Shown here one piece after another: positions 30,768-40,410 of a stretch of DNA of 64,000 nt. A program made the position numbers and the translations under genes. Below the pieces are notes generated by a model. The model ran no database searches. It had not been told where the DNA came from and worked only from the letters and a program-made list of their open reading frames with translations. This stretch comes from an uncultured virus (IMG/VR IMGVR_UViG_3300025398_000930) (lineage: Duplodnaviria > Heunggongvirae > Uroviricota > Caudoviricetes), in the IMG/VR virus record IMGVR_UViG_3300025398_000930; one strand, written 5' to 3'. Each line of letters begins with the position of its first letter. Position 1 is the stretch's first letter.

Positions 30768-32734
30768 AAAATTACCCATCAATATACCTCGGTGTAGTAG
30801 TAGCTAATAACGACCCGGAATTTCGTGGTCGTATTAAGGTATGGGTACCTCATGTTAATGCAAGTGTATATAACAAGTGGGAAGCTTTAAAACAAGATCG
30901 TAATTTTAAATTTCCTGGGCTTAATATAAATTCAGATTTAAGCTTAATTATAAATGACCTTAGAGACAGTTTACCGTGGGCAGAATATTGTGCTCCGGTA
31001 GCTGGAGAGAGTTCTACTGGAACGTATAATGCACATGGAGACACAGGTACAACTTCTGATGCAGCTTACCCATACAGTTTATCCGGTACTAATTTTTCTA
31101 ATTCATACACGCAATTTAACTTAAACCAAGAGCGTATGGGTGAGAAGCCTGGTTTTGTATATGAAAAGTATGCTACTAAATTAACAGACGCTTTTACTAA
31201 TACAGTAGCCAATAATACAAACAATATTAATCCTACTGGTGGGCAATATAGACCATCAACATATTCAAATGCAGCAAAGGGTGTGTTTGCAGTACCAAAT
31301 GTAGGTGCACATGTATGGGTATTCTTTAGAGATGGTATACCTACATACCCAGTATATATGGGTGCATCGTTAGGACAAAAAGATTTCCAAAGTATCTTTG
31401 GAGCAGATGACGGTACATATCAAGATTACCCACAAACATTTGAAAGTGAGGGTAAATCGGTTAGAAATGCAAACGATGTTAATACAGAGACGTACCGCAA
31501 TAAAATGGTTATTAATCAACGCGGTGCAGCGTTAGAAATCATTAACACTACAGATAGAGAACGCTTCAAGATAACGCATTTTGCCGGTGGTTTCTTAGAG
31601 TTTAACAACAAGTACAATTCTTTATTCAGTCCTAAAAACCTACAACTACTAACGCTAAGAGATAAATTCGAAACTATTAATGGACATAATAACTTGTGGG
31701 TGGGTAGAGATTTTGATAGTATTATACAGGGGGACTATTATGTAAAAACTGGTTCCTTAAACACAAGTGCAATGAACTCGTGGGTTACAGCTTACACGGC
31801 TATAGCAAACCTCTTAGCAGAACCAGAGAGTGCAAGCAATAAAAACAATCTTGCAAGTATCATAACTTCTCAAGCCAATGCATTAGCAGAAGCAGAAGCT
31901 GCACTTGGTTTTGGTGGTAATTTTATTGAAACTGTAACAAAACATAAATTTGTTAATGTTGGGTTAGTGTTTAATCAGTTTGCAAGTACAAGATACAATG
32001 GTACTGCTAAAACAATTACAGAGTATTATAATACTACAGGTAAAGTTACTACTACAATACCAGCAATAGAGTATACACACATTGATGATATGCCAGGTGG
32101 TAACTATACAGTATCCACTGGTAATAGATATAACTTATTAGTAGGTTCTGGTGGTATAGATATTAAGACAACAGGCCCAATTAATATGAGTGGTACTATA
32201 ATGGCATTAGCTGGTAAGCAAGTTAATATTGCTTCATCAGACGATACCAATATTGATGGTGGTACAAATTTATCAGTAATATCTAATATAATGACATTAA
32301 GAACTCGTAACCGTCAGCAAGTAGTTGTTGATGATAATTTAGGGGTGAGTAAGAACGTGGTTATAGGTGGTGGTGCTTATATTAATGGTGAAACGTTCTT
32401 ACAACACGTAACTGCACCTATAGAGTTTCAAGTTACAGAGTCTTCAACTATTATTGATAACGGAGCACAAATACTTAAACCTGGCGGTGGTACTGGCGGT
32501 AATGTTACATACGGTGATACAATAAGATTGATAATAAACCAACCACACACTCATTACTTTAAGAATATTCCACTTACACTTGTTGCAAGCCCTGCTGCTC
32601 TACAAACAGCTGCAGCTACTGTAAATGGCGGTACTGCTGCATTAAGCGCTACAGCTCCTGCTACACATTACAACTCAGTTGGTGGTAATCAAAATAGTAA
32701 CCCTAACGGTCCTGTAAACGGTATACCAGGTTAA
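30764..32734 (+). CDS. Central baseplate spike (gp5/VgrG OB-fold plus beta-helix)
   Basis: YLGVVVANNDPEFRGRIKV, LPWA, VPNVGAHVWVFFRDG..PVYMG; HTH motif near the C-terminus. Confidence 0.85.
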   Translation: MKNYPSIYLGVVVANNDPEFRGRIKVWVPHVNASVYNKWEALKQDRNFKFPGLNINSDLSLIINDLRDSLPWAEYCAPVAGESSTGTYNAHGDTGTTSDAAYPYSLSGTNFSNSYTQFNLNQERMGEKPGFVYEKYATKLTDAFTNTVANNTNNINPTGGQYRPSTYSNAAKGVFAVPNVGAHVWVFFRDGIPTYPVYMGASLGQKDFQSIFGADDGTYQDYPQTFESEGKSVRNANDVNTETYRNKMVINQRGAALEIINTTDRERFKITHFAGGFLEFNNKYNSLFSPKNLQLLTLRDKFETINGHNNLWVGRDFDSIIQGDYYVKTGSLNTSAMNSWVTAYTAIANLLAEPESASNKNNLASIITSQANALAEAEAALGFGGNFIETVTKHKFVNVGLVFNQFASTRYNGTAKTITEYYNTTGKVTTTIPAIEYTHIDDMPGGNYTVSTGNRYNLLVGSGGIDIKTTGPINMSGTIMALAGKQVNIASSDDTNIDGGTNLSVISNIMTLRTRNRQQVVVDDNLGVSKNVVIGGGAYINGETFLQHVTAPIEFQVTESSTIIDNGAQILKPGGGTGGNVTYGDTIRLIINQPHTHYFKNIPLTLVASPAALQTAAATVNGGTAALSATAPATHYNSVGGNQNSNPNGPVNGIPG

Positions 32735-32735
32735 G

Positions 32736-32763
32736 TTGAATAATTGCGGTATTATTATATAAT
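32736..32763 (+). promoter_or_regulatory. Sigma70-like promoter with 16-bp spacer
   Basis: TTGAAT-N16-TATAAT, ending 8 nt before the glf ATG. Confidence 0.6.
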
Positions 32764-32771
32764 AATACTAC

Positions 32772-33884
32772 ATGTACGATTATCTTATAGTTGGGTCAGG
32801 CTTATATGGTTCCGTGTTTGCTCATGAAGCAAATAAAGCAGGTAAAACTTGCTTAGTGCTTGAAAAGAAAGAGCATATAGGTGGTAACATATATACAAAG
32901 AACGTAGGTGGTATACACGTACACGAATACGGCCCTCACATATTTCATACGTCCAGTAAAAAAATATGGGATTATGTTAATCAGTTTGCAACGTTTAACA
33001 ATTTTGTTAATAGACCAAAAGTAGACTATAAGGGTAAGGTTTATTCATTTCCAATTAATCTGTTAACGTTGTATCAGCTTTGGGGTGTAAAGACACCAGA
33101 AGAAGCAATTGAAAAGCTTCTTGCAAGTAAAGTAAAAATAGATAACCCACAAAACTTGGAAGAGTGGTGTTTAAATGAAATAGGTACAGAATTGTACGAA
33201 ACGTTTATTAAAGGGTATACTCAAAAACAATGGAAAACTGATCCTAAAGAGTTACCAACGTTTATTATTAAACGAATTCCAATTAGAACTAACTTTGATG
33301 ATAACTACTATTTTGATACATATCAAGGTATTCCTGTAGGTGGTTATACACAAATTATAGAAAAAATGCTTTCCGGTATTGAAGTAAAACTCAATACAGA
33401 TTATTTAGCTAATAAAGAATCCTGGGATAAAGTAGCTAAAAAAGTACTTTATACTGGGCCTATAGATGCATACTTTAATTACCAGTTTGGAGATTTAGAT
33501 TATAGAACTACAAGTTTTGAGCATGAAATGGTACCCATTAAAGATTACCAAGGTAATGCTCTTATTAACTATACGGATGTTAATGTACCTTATACACGTA
33601 TAATTGAACACAAGCATTTTGATCCAGTAAACGTGCCGCATACTTTGATTACAAGGGAGTATCCAGAAGATTGGAAACGTGGTTTGACTCCGTATTATCC
33701 AATTAACAACGAAAAGAATACTAAAATATATAACCAATATAGAGAGCTTACTAAAACACTTCCAAATGTACTATTTGGTGGTAGATTAGCAGAGTACAAA
33801 TACTATGATATGCATCAAGTTATAGCAGCTGCTTTACACGATTTTGAAAAGGAAAACACTGGTATTCTTAACACACTTAAATAA
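32772..33884 (+). CDS. glf: UDP-galactopyranose mutase
   Basis: YDYLIVGSGLYG FAD motif, HIGGN, YGPHIFHT, YQGIP, TRIIEHKHF, PYYP and GRLAEYKYYDM. Confidence 0.97.
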   Translation: MYDYLIVGSGLYGSVFAHEANKAGKTCLVLEKKEHIGGNIYTKNVGGIHVHEYGPHIFHTSSKKIWDYVNQFATFNNFVNRPKVDYKGKVYSFPINLLTLYQLWGVKTPEEAIEKLLASKVKIDNPQNLEEWCLNEIGTELYETFIKGYTQKQWKTDPKELPTFIIKRIPIRTNFDDNYYFDTYQGIPVGGYTQIIEKMLSGIEVKLNTDYLANKESWDKVAKKVLYTGPIDAYFNYQFGDLDYRTTSFEHEMVPIKDYQGNALINYTDVNVPYTRIIEHKHFDPVNVPHTLITREYPEDWKRGLTPYYPINNEKNTKIYNQYRELTKTLPNVLFGGRLAEYKYYDMHQVIAAALHDFEKENTGILNTLK

Positions 33885-33892
33885 TTAACTTT

Positions 33893-35305
33893 ATGGCTAA
33901 AACGACTAAACCTCAAGCTTCAAAAACTACAAGCAAGAAAAAACCTGTCAGGGATGCTGCAGTAAATACTCCTGAACCGATTAAAGTGCCAGAGCCTGTT
34001 AAAGCTCCTACACCGAAGAAAAAATCACAAAAAGCAAAGCCTCGTATCTTTGTACAGTTTGCATCTTATAGAGACCCTCAGTTGATACCCACAATTGAAG
34101 ATATGTTAGCTAAAGCAGCTAACCCAGAACAATTTTCGTTTGGTATTTGCTGGCAATACGGGCCAGATGAAGACCCTAATGTGTTTGATGGTAAAGAAAA
34201 TTACAGAGTTATCAAAAAACCATACACAGAAAGTGAAGGTTTAGGTTGGGCACGTGCACTAACTAATACACTTTATGACGGAGAAGAGCTAACACTACAA
34301 TTAGACTCTCATCATCGCTTTGCACAGGATTGGGATAAAATGCTTTTAGAGGATTATGAACAAGCATTAACAATGTCCTCAAAGCCAATTATTTCTACCT
34401 ACTGTACACCATTTAATCCTGAGCAACCAATTACTGATACTGCACCTTGCTTAATGTCTCAGTATGAGTTTAGTTCAGATAAGTTACTCATGAGTATGCC
34501 GTATTATATTCAAGACTACAAGACTCGTACTCGTGTAATTAAGGCTCGTACTATTAGTGGTCACTTCTTCTTAGTAAACGGTAAATTCATTGAAGAGGTA
34601 CCTTATGATCCTGATATCTATTTCGGTGGTTATACAGAAGAAACCACTATGAGTGTTAGGGCATGGACGCGGGGTTACGACTTCTTTAGTCCTTACCGTC
34701 AATATATTTGGCACGAATACACTCGTAACTACCGTGTAAAACACTGGGACGATCATGGTAAGGAACGTTTTACAGGTAAAACATCCGGTGAAAGAGATAT
34801 CTATGCCCGTGACAAGACCCGTCAAATATTCCAGCAAGAAGACCACGGGATTGAACTCGGCATTTACGGTTTAGGTAATGTACGTACTTTAAGAGAGTAC
34901 GAACTATTTGGCGGGTTCGATTTTAAGAACTGTAGAATACAGGACTTTACTTTAAAAGTAAATGAACCACCAAATCCACCAGATTACGATTCTCAATTCA
35001 TATCTAAAGAATATAGAATTCAATGCGAGTGGGATACAAAGCAATTCTTAATTGAAAACCAAAATGATTCAATAAACTTTTTGACATTTGGTATTGAAAC
35101 ACAAAGTGGTGTTAACTTATATAGAAACGATTTTAACCCTCAAATGCATCCGGATTATACTTCTTTTGCTAATTTTAGACATTTAGCACATTTTAGAAGT
35201 CTGGATAAACCTTTTAAAATTGTTATGTATGCTAACTGGAAAAATAAAGGTTGGGGTCAAAGATACGAACAACTATTACCAGTAAGTTTAACAAATAACG
35301 CATAA
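33893..35305 (+). CDS. GT-A glycosyltransferase of the Skp1/Gnt1 polypeptide GlcNAc-transferase-like family
   Basis: IFVQFASYRDP, G..WAR, LQLDSHHRF..WD, EVPYDP, F.G..EE..VRAWTRGYD, WHEY and YGLG.VRTL. Confidence 0.75.
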   Translation: MAKTTKPQASKTTSKKKPVRDAAVNTPEPIKVPEPVKAPTPKKKSQKAKPRIFVQFASYRDPQLIPTIEDMLAKAANPEQFSFGICWQYGPDEDPNVFDGKENYRVIKKPYTESEGLGWARALTNTLYDGEELTLQLDSHHRFAQDWDKMLLEDYEQALTMSSKPIISTYCTPFNPEQPITDTAPCLMSQYEFSSDKLLMSMPYYIQDYKTRTRVIKARTISGHFFLVNGKFIEEVPYDPDIYFGGYTEETTMSVRAWTRGYDFFSPYRQYIWHEYTRNYRVKHWDDHGKERFTGKTSGERDIYARDKTRQIFQQEDHGIELGIYGLGNVRTLREYELFGGFDFKNCRIQDFTLKVNEPPNPPDYDSQFISKEYRIQCEWDTKQFLIENQNDSINFLTFGIETQSGVNLYRNDFNPQMHPDYTSFANFRHLAHFRSLDKPFKIVMYANWKNKGWGQRYEQLLPVSLTNNA

Positions 35306-35307
35306 TA

Positions 35308-36489
35308 ATGAGAATTGCATTTATATTAATCGGTAACAGCCGGAGAAGTAACTACTTAGATGGAGACACGCTACGCTATGGTATGGGTGGTGGGTCTGGT
35401 ACTGATACAAGTACTATAGTAGTTGCAGAACAGCTGGCAGCTAACGGCCATGAGGTAGTTGTCACTTCTGATAAACTTGAACCAGCACTTGAAGAAAGCT
35501 ATGCACAAGAAGGCATTCACTTCAATCCTGGTAAAAGAGTGAGAGGTGTGTATTATACTAATCAAGACTTCGAAAACATTGTTAATAGGGATTTCGATGT
35601 TGTTATAAGTAGTTTATGGTTTCAAGATTACGATAAGCTACCTATTACAGTATCTAAAGCTATTATATACTGGTGCCATATGCAATGGATATATGGTATT
35701 GATCATATTATAAAATATGCAAAAACCAATAATTTAAAATTAGGCTTTGTTAATATTTCTCCGTGGGAAAGAGACCAAAACAACGGTACAATACAGCATG
35801 CGGTTTCTCAATACTCTAACACTACATCTACATTAATACCTAACCCAGTAATGGATGACATTATTAATGAAGTGTTAGAAAGTAAACCTACAAGAAAACC
35901 TCATAATTTTGTGTTCCATGCTGCTTGGCCACGTGGTGGGGATGTTGCTATAGAAGCAGTAAGACAGTTAGATATGCCTGATAAAGAGTTTCATGCATTT
36001 GACTATCTACTGGTAGTTCATCCTCATGGGGATACGTTCTTCTTTAATCATAACGGGGTTGATAAAAGAACACTCTTTACACAAATAGCAGAGAGTGAAT
36101 ACTTTATATACCCTCTTTATACACCATACAAGGATGTACACAAAGACACGTTCTCCTGTGTAGTAGCTGAAGCAATTGCTTTAGGTGCTATACCAGTTAC
36201 TTACCCATTAGGTGCTTTACCAGATAATTTTGAAGGCTACTGTGCATGGATTGATTTCCCTGCTGGTGTTGATCCTGCTGCAATGCAAAAAGAATCATTA
36301 TCAAAAGATGAAGAAGGTAAATTTAAAGATAACATTCAAAATATAGTCAATAAGATTAACTACCTTGAAGCTAACCCACAAATTAAAGAAGAAATACGTG
36401 CAAAAGGTAAAGATTATATATTAGGTCAGTTTAATGCTAAGAAAGTAGGTCAAATGTGGGTTGACTACATCAATCAACTTACTACTTAA
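35308..36489 (+). CDS. GT-B (GT4-like) glycosyltransferase
   Basis: GGGSGTD..VAEQLAANGHEV, RG motif and DTFSCVVAEAIALG..GAL. Confidence 0.8.
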   Translation: MRIAFILIGNSRRSNYLDGDTLRYGMGGGSGTDTSTIVVAEQLAANGHEVVVTSDKLEPALEESYAQEGIHFNPGKRVRGVYYTNQDFENIVNRDFDVVISSLWFQDYDKLPITVSKAIIYWCHMQWIYGIDHIIKYAKTNNLKLGFVNISPWERDQNNGTIQHAVSQYSNTTSTLIPNPVMDDIINEVLESKPTRKPHNFVFHAAWPRGGDVAIEAVRQLDMPDKEFHAFDYLLVVHPHGDTFFFNHNGVDKRTLFTQIAESEYFIYPLYTPYKDVHKDTFSCVVAEAIALGAIPVTYPLGALPDNFEGYCAWIDFPAGVDPAAMQKESLSKDEEGKFKDNIQNIVNKINYLEANPQIKEEIRAKGKDYILGQFNAKKVGQMWVDYINQLTT

Positions 36490-37176
36490 ATGAAGATAAA
36501 CGAATTCTTTCAAAAAGGGTACTATTTAAATCTCGATCGGAGAACTGATAGAAAGGCTCAATTCGAAGCTGAAGCTAAAGCTATCGGACTTGAAGGTTGG
36601 TTTGAACGCTTCTCTGGACTTGATGGTGCAAGTGATTCATATGATTATGTACCCCCACCCCATGAAATGCCTTACATTAAGAAAGCTGCTGCAAGTAGTG
36701 AATCGTTTTACAATTTATACAAAAAAGCTTGCGAAGACGGCCACGAAAGAGTATTAATATGTGAAGATGATATGCTTTTTTATAATGGTGGTGAAGAAAC
36801 AGGTTTACAAATAGTAGAAAAAGCTTTAGATCAATTACAACAGTTTCCAGATTGGGACTTAGTGTATTTTGGTGGGTATGTTAAAGATAAGATGACCCGA
36901 CAAGTTTCACCTAACCTTCTCCGTGCTGATTGTATGATAACAGCTCATGCAGTAGGGTATAATAGAAAGTCTTTCGAAAAATTACTAAAGTATGTACCAA
37001 GACAGGATTGTATATACGATGAATGGTTATCTGCACGCCCTCAAATTATAAAGTATCTGGTATACCCAATGGCAGTTATACAGCAACACGGTGTAAGTGA
37101 TATAGATGCATGGGGATACTCACCTAATCTCGATAACTGGAAAAAAGCATACTCTGAAATTATAATAGAAAAATGA
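36490..37176 (+). CDS. GT25-like glycosyltransferase
   Basis: YYLNLDRRTDR, LICEDD, WDLVYFG and AHA motifs. Confidence 0.8.
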   Translation: MKINEFFQKGYYLNLDRRTDRKAQFEAEAKAIGLEGWFERFSGLDGASDSYDYVPPPHEMPYIKKAAASSESFYNLYKKACEDGHERVLICEDDMLFYNGGEETGLQIVEKALDQLQQFPDWDLVYFGGYVKDKMTRQVSPNLLRADCMITAHAVGYNRKSFEKLLKYVPRQDCIYDEWLSARPQIIKYLVYPMAVIQQHGVSDIDAWGYSPNLDNWKKAYSEIIIEK

Positions 37177-37835
37177 AAATAAACGAATTCTTTCAAAAAG
37201 GATATTACATAAACCTTGATCGTCGGCCTGATAGAAAAGCCGAGTTTGAAGCTGAAATGAAAAAAGCAGGGCTTGAAGGCTTTTTCGAAAGAGTGCGTGG
37301 TATTGATGGAGTGAATGAACCTGCAGAATTAAAAAAACATAACTACTGTGGTGCTACATTTGCAAGAATATTTAAAATGGCTCAAAAAGCGGGCTATGAA
37401 CGCTTTATTATATTTGAAGATGATGCACAATTCTATGATAGAGATGGTATAAGTGCAATTGAAATTGTAGAAAAAGCATTAGATCAAATACAACAGTTTC
37501 CAGATTGGCACATGCTGTATTTTGGTTGCTACACTTTCGGTAAAGAATTACAACAAGTATCTGAAAATCTTTTAAAAGCAAATGAAATACTAACACTACA
37601 TGCATGTGGGTATAATAGTACAGGAATGAAAAAATTCTTGGAATATGATCCTTTTTTTCATTGCCCTGTTGATGGCTGGTTAGGTGAACGGCTTGAACTT
37701 AACAAATATGTTGCATACCCATTAGCTGTAATACAAAGAGAGAGTAAAAGTGATTTAGATGCATGGGGGTTTGCTCCTAACCCCCATCACTGGGAGACAA
37801 ACTTTATTAAAGGTAAAATAATAAAGCAGTTCTAA
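37173..37835 (+). CDS. GT25-like glycosyltransferase, tandem paralogue
   Basis: Same motifs; shares MKINEFFQKGYY start, EKALDQ.QQFPDW and SD.DAWG with the preceding gene. Confidence 0.8.
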   Translation: MKINEFFQKGYYINLDRRPDRKAEFEAEMKKAGLEGFFERVRGIDGVNEPAELKKHNYCGATFARIFKMAQKAGYERFIIFEDDAQFYDRDGISAIEIVEKALDQIQQFPDWHMLYFGCYTFGKELQQVSENLLKANEILTLHACGYNSTGMKKFLEYDPFFHCPVDGWLGERLELNKYVAYPLAVIQRESKSDLDAWGFAPNPHHWETNFIKGKIIKQF

Positions 37836-37836
37836 T

Positions 37837-38526
37837 ATGAATGAACTGGTTGTAGTATCAAGGTACCGGGAAGATATAAGCTGGGTGCAGGGTTCTAAGC
37901 ACCCGTTTATAATATATGATAAATCAGAAGTACCTTTAGATATAACAATACCAAGACCTAATACTGGTAGAGAAGCAGAAACTTTATTACACTATATCAT
38001 TACTCATTACGAGCGTTTACCTGATATAACTATATTTCTACAAGGGGATCCTCGAGGTAACCCACCTGTAATACCATATGAAACGATATTACAAGGCATT
38101 AATACACCTCATGCTCCTATTTATATGCCGTTTATAGACGCATTAAATATCAGTAAGCCAGATTTTGTTTCGACTATGTGGGAGTTAAAGCCGTACAATT
38201 ACGAAGTTGCACTTGAAATTACAGCATTACTTCGAGGTTTATTCAATATAACGGAATACGATAAACCCGTACTTTATCCTACAGGTGTAGAATGTATCTT
38301 ACCTAAAGAAAATATACTGTGCAGACCATTAGAGTTTTATAAGCTCTTACACGAAAGATCGTTCTTGTCTGGTACCAGATCCTGGCATTGGTGTGATCCT
38401 AATGACTTACAAAAGCGTGTACAGTTTAGAAAATACGGTATAAGTGCATATGCTTTCGAACCTCTGTGGGGGGCTATTTTTAATCCTGAAATTAAAATAA
38501 ATAAAAACTATAAAGAACTTATATGA
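37837..38526 (+). CDS. DUF3431-like putative glycosyltransferase
   Basis: VVSRYREDISW, PNTGREA.T.LHYI..Y..LPD..IFLQG and late E..W..IF. Confidence 0.7.
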   Translation: MNELVVVSRYREDISWVQGSKHPFIIYDKSEVPLDITIPRPNTGREAETLLHYIITHYERLPDITIFLQGDPRGNPPVIPYETILQGINTPHAPIYMPFIDALNISKPDFVSTMWELKPYNYEVALEITALLRGLFNITEYDKPVLYPTGVECILPKENILCRPLEFYKLLHERSFLSGTRSWHWCDPNDLQKRVQFRKYGISAYAFEPLWGAIFNPEIKINKNYKELI

Positions 38527-39365
38527 AAGAAAAATTCACACTTTCCTCTAACTACGTAACTTGTCACATGATTGGTCGGTTAGGTAACCAGATGTTTCAA
38601 ATTGCAAACGCATATGCACAATCATTAAGACATAACCGTCAACTGGTTTTACCCATATGTGACACTTCTGTAGGTGATTATTATGATACAGTACATAGAA
38701 AATTAGATTTTTTAATTGACAATGCACCTTCTGCAACACCTGAAGTGCATACAATTAATGCAACCTATCATTATACTGAGTATAAACCGCATGATACACT
38801 ACCAACTGTGTTTAGAGGGTACTTTGAAACAGAAAAATACTTTAAAGACAAGTCAGAAAACGTAAAACAGTTATTCGGACCTACAGAGTCGTTCGTAGAA
38901 AAAGCACTACGGGAGTATCCGCAATTAGCTAATGGTACAAATGCTGTTATAAACGTGAGAAGAGGTGACTTTTTAACATTTCCTACACGTCATCCTGTTG
39001 TAACTAAAGAGTATTTGTATAAAGCTGCTGAAATGTTACCAAAAGTTGATACTATTTTTGTAGTTAGTGATGATTTAGACTGGTGTAAACAGAATTTAAG
39101 CTTCCCTAACACAGTTTTTGTCGATTATACACGACACGAAGCATTATGGTTCTTGTCGTTATGCCAAAATTTCGTAATTTCTAACTCAACTTTTACGTGG
39201 TGGGGGGCATATTTATCAAAAAACCCCAATAAGACTGTTATAGCCCCTGGGGTTTGGTTTGGTCCTGACATCTTACGGGATGTAGACCCGAAAGATGTAG
39301 TGTGTGAAGGTTGGAAAGTATGCCCCGCTGTTTATGACCCTGCAGGGTTTATACTACCAGCCTGA
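38523..39365 (+). CDS. Alpha-1,2-fucosyltransferase-like (GT11)
   Basis: GRLGNQMFQ, GYFETEKYF, NVRRGDF, SDD..WC and SNSTFTWWGAYL. Confidence 0.9.
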   Translation: MKEKFTLSSNYVTCHMIGRLGNQMFQIANAYAQSLRHNRQLVLPICDTSVGDYYDTVHRKLDFLIDNAPSATPEVHTINATYHYTEYKPHDTLPTVFRGYFETEKYFKDKSENVKQLFGPTESFVEKALREYPQLANGTNAVINVRRGDFLTFPTRHPVVTKEYLYKAAEMLPKVDTIFVVSDDLDWCKQNLSFPNTVFVDYTRHEALWFLSLCQNFVISNSTFTWWGAYLSKNPNKTVIAPGVWFGPDILRDVDPKDVVCEGWKVCPAVYDPAGFILPA

Positions 39366-39499
39366 TTTTTTGGTGTCTTCTTTTCAGAAACCGGCTTTTT
39401 TTCAGCCGGTTTATCTTTTTTGAAGATTAAGTCCCAATTATTACCGTATTCTTCTTGAGAAACAGAATAAGGACGTGGTTTTGAGCCTTTTCCTGACAT
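39332..39499 (-). CDS. Small phage protein, 55 aa, not in the ORF track
   Basis: Translates MSGKGSKPRPYSVSQEEYGNNWDLIFKK...; the GKGSxPRP..NWDxIF pattern is familiar from T4-like phages; ATG lies 1 nt after the upstream stop. Confidence 0.7.
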   Translation of the reverse strand: MSGKGSKPRPYSVSQEEYGNNWDLIFKKDKPAEKKPVSEKKTPKNQAGSINPAGS

Positions 39500-39500
39500 A

Positions 39501-39989
39501 TTAGCTCCTTGGTAGGACGTTATTAGTGGTTACGATAAGAATAGGCTCTTTAGTCTTAATGCTAACATTATAAGGTTTAAAGAATTTGTTTCCTACGTTA
39601 GCAATTGCTTGACCAATTGAAGATACTGGGTACTTTTGACCCTTTTTAGATGCATTAAAGTTATATGCACCCTTCTTAATACAGTCAACTACGTCACGTA
39701 CGTCTTCATCTTCTGGCATTTGTAATACCCACCCTGTAAGATCTTTATTAATAATACCAGTTGTATCAGAAACAAGCATAACATACTGTTTCTTTACCTT
39801 GGGTTCATCAGAATCTTCAGATTCATCAGGTGTTTCGGTTGATTCTGCTTCAGAAGTAGCCGTTTCATCAACTGCTACTGTTGCATTACTTAAAAGATCA
39901 AGAATCTCATCAATAGTTTCTTGATTCTCTACAGTTTTCTCTAAAGCGGCAATAACAGCCTGTAATTTAACGTATTGTTCTTCACTCAT
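39501..39989 (-). CDS. Hypothetical protein
   Basis: 162-aa ORF downstream of a sigma70-like promoter. Confidence 0.65.
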   Translation of the reverse strand: MSEEQYVKLQAVIAALEKTVENQETIDEILDLLSNATVAVDETATSEAESTETPDESEDSDEPKVKKQYVMLVSDTTGIINKDLTGWVLQMPEDEDVRDVVDCIKKGAYNFNASKKGQKYPVSSIGQAIANVGNKFFKPYNVSIKTKEPILIVTTNNVLPRS

Positions 39990-40013
39990 ATGTTTTTTAA
40001 AAGTTATAATACT

Positions 40014-40041
40014 ATGTTAACATATTTTACGCTTTAATCAA
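40014..40041 (-). promoter_or_regulatory. Sigma70-like promoter with 16-bp spacer
   Basis: TTGATT-N16-TAACAT with a TG extension. Confidence 0.5.
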
Positions 40042-40133
40042 GTTTTTAATTATGGATTTCCCACATTTTAACAAAGAATATCCAATAGTATTCATAAAGA
40101 TACACATTGTACCCGGGTATATTCTACAATTAG

Positions 40134-40141
40134 TATAAATA
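40134..40141 (+). promoter_or_regulatory. T4-type late promoter
   Basis: Exact TATAAATA 13 nt before ATG 40155. Confidence 0.6.
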
Positions 40142-40154
40142 TAATTAAATCTAT

Positions 40155-40379
40155 ATGAAATTTCAAGCTTTAATGGAAAGTTACGGTATGTTAAAACAAA
40201 CTAAACGGTTGTTTTATCCAAGAAATCTTAGTTTGTCAGATAAATTTACAAAGGCACTTAAAGAAGAGCTATTGCTTCAAGAAAAAGCCGGTATACCACC
40301 AGAAAAGTTTGCTCAAAAGCTTAATAGAGCTATTATATTCCTTGTTGAGGAACATAAAAAAAACCTCTCACCGAAGTAA
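40155..40379 (+). CDS. Hypothetical protein
   Basis: 74 aa, N-terminus MKFQALMESY, late promoter upstream. Confidence 0.6.
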   Translation: MKFQALMESYGMLKQTKRLFYPRNLSLSDKFTKALKEELLLQEKAGIPPEKFAQKLNRAIIFLVEEHKKNLSPK

Positions 40380-40387
40380 GAGGTTTT
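40356..40387 (-). terminator. Intrinsic terminator for the beta-barrel gene
   Basis: Minus strand CCUCUUAC-UUCG-GUGAGAGG followed by U8. Confidence 0.85.
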
Positions 40388-40410
40388 AATATAATTAATT
40401 GTAATTTAGA

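Noticed and set aside
39388..39412. AAACCGGCT..AGCCGGTTT hairpin as a terminator
   Set aside because: It lies within a small minus-strand CDS encoding KPAEKKPV; it could terminate the glycan operon but support is too weak to call.
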